Source: an uncultured Thermoplasmata archaeon | Lineage (GTDB): Archaea > Thermoplasmatota > Thermoplasmata > CAZPOY01 | Length of the DNA: 41,025 nucleotides | Reading direction: 5' to 3' | NCBI GenBank assembly: GCA_964588345.1 | Contig: CAZPOY010000001.1 | Span: 1-41,025 of the forward strand | Part shown: positions 37,593 through 41,025 of the stretch, piece after piece | How positions within the stretch are numbered: the stretch's first letter is position 1 | How the letters are laid out: every line of letters starts with the position of its first letter | Notes under the pieces: model-generated | Databases searched by the model: none | Told to the model about the DNA's origin: nothing | Seen by the model: only the letters and a program-made list of their open reading frames with translations | Program-made: the position numbers and the translations under genes

Positions 37593-37618
37593 CCTAAACT
37601 TGTTTTGTCAAGATTGGG
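37593..37618. repeat. Palindromic repeat copy (CCTAAACTTG-N6-CAAGATTGGG) overlapping the 3' end of the dehydrogenase gene
   Basis: 'cctaaacttgttttgtcaagattggg' matches 38762-38787 'cctaaacttgatttttcaagtttggg' at 23/26. The adjacent 'tgaaacctaaacttgttt' resembles 38594-38611 'tgaaacctaagcttgttt'. Confidence 0.55.
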
Positions 37619-38567
37619 TTGATACGATGTTTTCGAGCATCCCAGCAAGGTCCTTCATTCGGAGCTTCTCCCGTTTTTCCACGAAAGTGGCCCTATGGGG
37701 GCTCATGACCACGTTTTCCAGTTCCCAAAATGGCAGTCGGGCCGGCATGGTGGACCTCCTTTCCTCCCTGCTTTCCGGGTAATTATACCATACGTCAAGG
37801 CCGGCTCCGGCGATGTTCTTCTCCTTGAGTACGCGGTAGAGCGCTTCTTCGTCCACCGTCGGGCCTCTGCCCACGTTTACGAATATGGCTCTTTTTTTCA
37901 TCAAGGAAAGAAGCCCCTCGTCAATGAGCCCCGTCGTCTCAGGGGTTTGGGGAAGGCAGGCAACGACCACGTCTGAGGTGGCAAAAAGTTCTTTTAAGCC
38001 ACCCGGACCCGTTATGCGGGTGTTTCCCTCAATCCTTTCTTCAACTGTCCTCCTGACCCCGAAAACGTCCATTCCGAACGCTTCCGCTTTGTCTCCGATG
38101 GACTTTCCTATGGTCCCGTACCCGACGATGCCCAATTTCTTTCCGTGGAGGAGCATCGATTCATCATCAGGCATCTCCCTCCGCCAATCGCCTTTGGATA
38201 ATTTTTCATGGTATTCCAGAATGCGTTTGGAACAAGCCAGTATCAGTGCCCAGGCGTGTTCGCCTACAAACGGTGCGTTGAAATGAGAATTCAAAAGGGT
38301 GACGCCTTTTCTTTCTTGAAGCGAGGTTCGGATGCGGTCGTTTATCCCAGCCCAGGGAACGATGAAGTATTTCATTTCATCTGCCGCCTTTACGGCTTCG
38401 GGGGTTGCGAAACCTGAAATTACAATGTCCTTGCCTTGGAAGCAATCTTTGATTTCTTCAGGGTCCCTGGTGTTGGAGTATTCCACGGTCATCCCTTTTG
38501 GTATAATCGAATCGAAGAACGTTTGTTCTTCTTCCGTCGTTTCGAGGTTGTAACTTGACTTTGACAT
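37608..38567 (-). CDS. D-isomer-specific 2-hydroxyacid dehydrogenase family (NAD-binding)
   Basis: 'GKKLGIVGYGTIGKSIG' (GxGxxG), 'VVACLPQTPETTGLI', 'FVNVGRGPTVDEEAL' and 'GAGLDVWYNYPE...MSPH' are family blocks. The start codon and first four codons (ATGTCAAAGTCAAGT) lie inside a repeat copy. Confidence 0.85.
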   Translation of the reverse strand: MSKSSYNLETTEEEQTFFDSIIPKGMTVEYSNTRDPEEIKDCFQGKDIVISGFATPEAVKAADEMKYFIVPWAGINDRIRTSLQERKGVTLLNSHFNAPFVGEHAWALILACSKRILEYHEKLSKGDWRREMPDDESMLLHGKKLGIVGYGTIGKSIGDKAEAFGMDVFGVRRTVEERIEGNTRITGPGGLKELFATSDVVVACLPQTPETTGLIDEGLLSLMKKRAIFVNVGRGPTVDEEALYRVLKEKNIAGAGLDVWYNYPESREERRSTMPARLPFWELENVVMSPHRATFVEKREKLRMKDLAGMLENIVSTQS

Positions 38568-38810
38568 TTAGCCCCAATATGAGTAAAAGTCAAGTGAAAC
38601 CTAAGCTTGTTTCTTGACTTTGACAAAATAAGACATTTCAAGCATTCTGGCAAAGTCAAGTAAAACCCATGTTTTTAGATATTCGCAATCTAATAATGTC
38701 AAACTTGGGTTGTTTCGAGACTTTGATGTTTAATTTGTTATTTCTATCAAAGTCGAGTAAGGCCTAAACTTGATTTTTCAAGTTTGGGCTGATTTGTCAA
38801 GTTTGAGTTG
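38553..38810. repeat. Dense array of palindromic repeats in the divergent intergenic region (CTTGACTTTG / CAAAGTCAAG and CCTAAACTTG / CAAGTTTGGG hairpins)
   Basis: Stems are: 38553 'cttgacttt' with 38587 'aaagtcaag'; 38611 'cttgactttg' with 38650 'caaagtcaag'; 38719 'gactttgat' with 38745 'atcaaagtc'; 38765 'aaacttg' with 38778 'caagttt'. Confidence 0.6.
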
Positions 38811-38891
38811 TAAAAGGTGCGGAGTTTACAGGACATGGACTTGAAAAACTCTTGACATAGTTAATTCTTGAGATGAAAATGGCTTATATAG

Positions 38892-38897
38892 TTTATA
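38892..38897 (+). promoter_or_regulatory. Candidate TATA box for the ABC ATPase/FtsX operon
   Basis: 'cttatatagtttatagg' lies about 50 nt upstream of the ATG at 38948, and 'ggagagg' lies about 8 nt upstream of that ATG. This argues against the 38873 start. Confidence 0.3.
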
Positions 38898-38947
38898 GGG
38901 ATAAACGTTTTAATCCATCCACATCAAAGGGATGGGAGAGGCAAGAA

Positions 38948-39616
38948 ATGAACATTCAACTAAAATCACTCCATAAAATTTATAAAAGCGGTAAAATGGA
39001 ATATCATGCATTAAAGGGCATAGACCTTGAAATCAAGCACGGCGAACTGGTTGCCATCGTAGGCCCATCGGGGTCTGGTAAAAGCACCATTTTGAACATG
39101 ATTACGGGAATCGACCGGCCTTCGGAAGGTTCTGTGACAGTCGATGGAAAACGCATTGACACCATGAAAGAAGATGAACTTGCCAAATGGAGAGGTGAGA
39201 ACATCGGCATCGTGTTCCAATTCTTTCAATTGTTTCCCACGCTAACCGCACTTGAAAATGCCATGCTTCCAATGGACTTGGTGGGCAGGGGCACGGTAAA
39301 AGAGAGGAAAAGGATAGCAAAAGGAAATCTAAAGCTTGTCGGACTTGACGATAAGGAGGAAAACCTTCCCACGGAACTTTCCGGTGGAGAACAACAGCGG
39401 GTAGCCATAGCTAGGGCTCTTGCCAATGACCCGGGAATAATAATAGGCGATGAACCTACGGGGAACCTTGATAGCCAGACGGAAGAGAGGATGTTCGAAA
39501 TTGTAAAAAACCTGAACCAGGGAGGAAAAACGGTTTTGTACGTTACTCACAGCAAAGACCTGGCTGAAAAAGCGGATAGGAAGATAACCATACTCGACGG
39601 AAGAATTGCCCAATAG
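38948..39616 (+). CDS. ABC transporter ATP-binding protein, MacB/LolD-like
   Basis: Walker A 'GPSGSGKST', Q-loop '[10 protein letters not shown]', signature '[15 protein letters not shown]', Walker B '[12 protein letters not shown]'. The start is set at '[12 protein letters not shown]'. Confidence 0.85.
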   Translation: MNIQLKSLHKIYKSGKMEYHALKGIDLEIKHGELVAIVGPSGSGKSTILNMITGIDRPSEGSVTVDGKRIDTMKEDELAKWRGENIGIVFQFFQLFPTLTALENAMLPMDLVGRGTVKERKRIAKGNLKLVGLDDKEENLPTELSGGEQQRVAIARALANDPGIIIGDEPTGNLDSQTEERMFEIVKNLNQGGKTVLYVTHSKDLAEKADRKITILDGRIAQ

Positions 39617-39625
39617 GTGGTTGAA

Positions 39626-41025
39626 ATGTTCTCCGCATTATTCAGAAAATCCTGGAAAGACCTTTCCATACGCAAGTCACGGACTTTTTTCACGATACTA
39701 ACCATCGTTTTGGGTGTTGCATCCCTGGCAATGTTCTCCGTGACCCCGATGATGGATACAGCAATGTCCACGGAAATAAGCAAATCAAATCTCCATGACA
39801 TACAGCTTTCAACCCCCGTAATGAATCTTTCAGAGGAAAATATTACCGACATGGAAAAAATCGATGGCGTGGAAGATTTCGAGGCGCGTTGCGTTTTCAT
39901 GACGCGGTATTATGTTGGGTCCAGGAGAGCCGATGCCATGATAATCGGCATTGACGATTTCGATGATCAGAAGGTGGACATCGTCCAGCTCGATTCAGGC
40001 AAATATCCCGATAATATGGAATTGCTATCTGACGAAGGGAACTCAAGGAACGACTTGTTCTCAGGCAATAGCGTGAGGCTTTTCGATGAAAAAGGCGAAG
40101 AAACCACGCTGAACGTAACAGGGAAAGGCATGTCCGTTACCTACCCTCAAACGTCCTTTGGACTTGCCGTTTTCTACGGAAGCGTGAATACCGTAAACGC
40201 GCTTGCAAACAATACGGGATACAACTCTTTGCACATGGTGATTACCCCTGAGAGTGACCCGGACCAAGTCGTAGAAAATTATCGGACATATCTTTCCCAG
40301 GAACACGGAGTAAATTCCTTTGTTTCTCTTCCGGACATAATCCCCGAAGGAACGTATCCCGGCCAAGAAACTTTTCAGGACAATGCACAGTTTTTCTATG
40401 TACTTACGATTCTCACATTCATCTGCGCCATATTCCTCATTGCGAATACGATGAACACCATCATCATTGAGCAGAAAAAGGATATCGCCCAACTCAAGGC
40501 GGTTGGTGCCACGCGTTTTCAAATCGTAAGAACATATCTCATGTCTTCATCAATCATGGGTCTGGTGGGGTCGACAGTCGGCACGTTGCTTGGAATTCCC
40601 ATTGCCAATTTCTTTCTCCGCTTTGTGGCACAGACATTCTACGGCATAACGCCGGAACCGGGACTGCATCTTCCTACCATCTTCTTGGGGTTTTTTATTG
40701 GAATGGCCATCACACTGCTAGCTTCGCTCCCCGCCTTGTACATCGCATTGAAAACCCCCATCATTGATGGAATGGGCAGCACGGGCATAGTATCTACTTT
40801 TGGCAATAGCTCCCTGGACCGTTTTCTCAAGAAAGTCATTCAGCTTCCTCGAACGATGCAAATGGGCATGCGCAACATTTCGCGTAAAAAAGGGCGTTCC
40901 GTTGCCACAATATTACAGGTGTCCTTGGCCGTAGGAATGTTCTTGGGACTAATGTTCTTTGGGTACTCTCTTACCGTGGGAGTTGAGGGAGAATACGAAA
41001 CATTAAACAAGTACATTAAAACTTC
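39626..41025 (+). CDS. FtsX-family (MacB-like) ABC permease, duplicated architecture, 3' end outside the window; absent from the ORF track
   Basis: My translation from the ATG at 39626 has no stop through nt 41025. It reads 'MFSALFRKSWKDLSIRKSRTFFTILTIVLGVASLAMF', with the FtsX block 'KKDIAQLKAVGATRFQIVRTYLMSSSIMGLVGSTVGTLLGIPIA'. A second half begins 'MRNISRKKGRSVATILQVSLAVGMF'. Confidence 0.75.
   Translation, partial: MFSALFRKSWKDLSIRKSRTFFTILTIVLGVASLAMFSVTPMMDTAMSTEISKSNLHDIQLSTPVMNLSEENITDMEKIDGVEDFEARCVFMTRYYVGSRRADAMIIGIDDFDDQKVDIVQLDSGKYPDNMELLSDEGNSRNDLFSGNSVRLFDEKGEETTLNVTGKGMSVTYPQTSFGLAVFYGSVNTVNALANNTGYNSLHMVITPESDPDQVVENYRTYLSQEHGVNSFVSLPDIIPEGTYPGQETFQDNAQFFYVLTILTFICAIFLIANTMNTIIIEQKKDIAQLKAVGATRFQIVRTYLMSSSIMGLVGSTVGTLLGIPIANFFLRFVAQTFYGITPEPGLHLPTIFLGFFIGMAITLLASLPALYIALKTPIIDGMGSTGIVSTFGNSSLDRFLKKVIQLPRTMQMGMRNISRKKGRSVATILQVSLAVGMFLGLMFFGYSLTVGVEGEYETLNKYIKT

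Noticed and set aside
2388-38599. The 36 kb between the 47-nt inverted repeats might be a composite transposon or other mobile element.
   Set aside because: The interior has no transposase, integrase or recombinase. It is mostly housekeeping or accessory genes with the host-like GC content. The repeat words also occur inside the segment at 9536-9578 and 37587-37618, so a dispersed repeat family is the more economical reading. Repeat-mediated inversion remains testable.
37587-38810. The hairpin repeats might be integron attC sites (for example 'gcctaaac...gtttgggc', resembling R''/R' boxes) flanking a gene cassette.
   Set aside because: The palindromes are only about 26 nt, shorter than attC sites as I recall them. 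No IntI-type integrase or attI is present. Neighbouring genes have mixed orientations rather than a unidirectional cassette array.
38873-38947. The 25-aa N-terminal extension of the ABC ATPase ('MKMAYIVYRDKRFNPSTSKGWERQE').
   Set aside because: The extension covers the AT-rich TATA-like sequence 'cttatatagtttatagg'. ABC ATPases of this type normally begin a few residues before the first beta-strand ('[12 protein letters not shown]'), and a 'ggagagg' site precedes the ATG at 38948.
39547-40839. The minus-strand ORFs (117, 153 and 66 aa) downstream of the ABC ATPase.
   Set aside because: They lie antisense to an open plus-strand frame (39626 to the window end) that encodes a clear FtsX-family permease.

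Overview
This 41 kb window is gene-dense and probably archaeal. That assignment is an inference from TATA-like boxes 30-50 nt upstream of several starts, oligo-T tracts after genes, and type-I anchored, sequon-rich surface proteins; a Thermoplasmatota-like origin is only a guess. I support about 28 protein genes.

The left 4.2 kb is a low-GC block. It holds a truncated SF2 helicase, an NYN/LabA-fold protein, a coiled-coil protein, and a very AT-rich two-gene cassette (an orphan C39-like papain-fold peptidase plus an unknown protein).

Next come two convergent, paralogous AAA_16/STAND-TPR ATPases. Each carries a conserved ~130-aa insertion between Walker A and Walker B. They bracket a secreted anchored protein, LemA and an HtpX-type M48 protease.

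The middle is an ordinary accessory stretch: SAM methyltransferase, histidine phosphatase, ABC-2 exporter pair, isochorismatase-like hydrolase, flavodoxin-like NAD(P)H quinone reductase, cupin, a 45-aa zinc-ribbon gene missing from the ORF track, an MFS transporter with a Met/Lys-rich upstream mini-ORF, an anchored secreted protein, PepF and a YigZ/IMPACT protein.

A single 14.5 kb gene then encodes a ~4830-aa surface protein. Its parts are a signal peptide, two LamG domains, 53 hand-segmented 37-residue Tyr-rich solenoid units with a 4-unit super-repeat, 14 Ig-like modules, a TM anchor and an acidic tail.

The window ends with a 2-hydroxyacid dehydrogenase and a MacB-like ABC ATPase/FtsX permease pair; the permease runs off the edge.

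A family of palindromic intergenic repeats recurs at four loci. It includes a 45/47-nt inverted pair 36 kb apart. No rRNA, tRNA, CRISPR array, transposase or integrase was seen.
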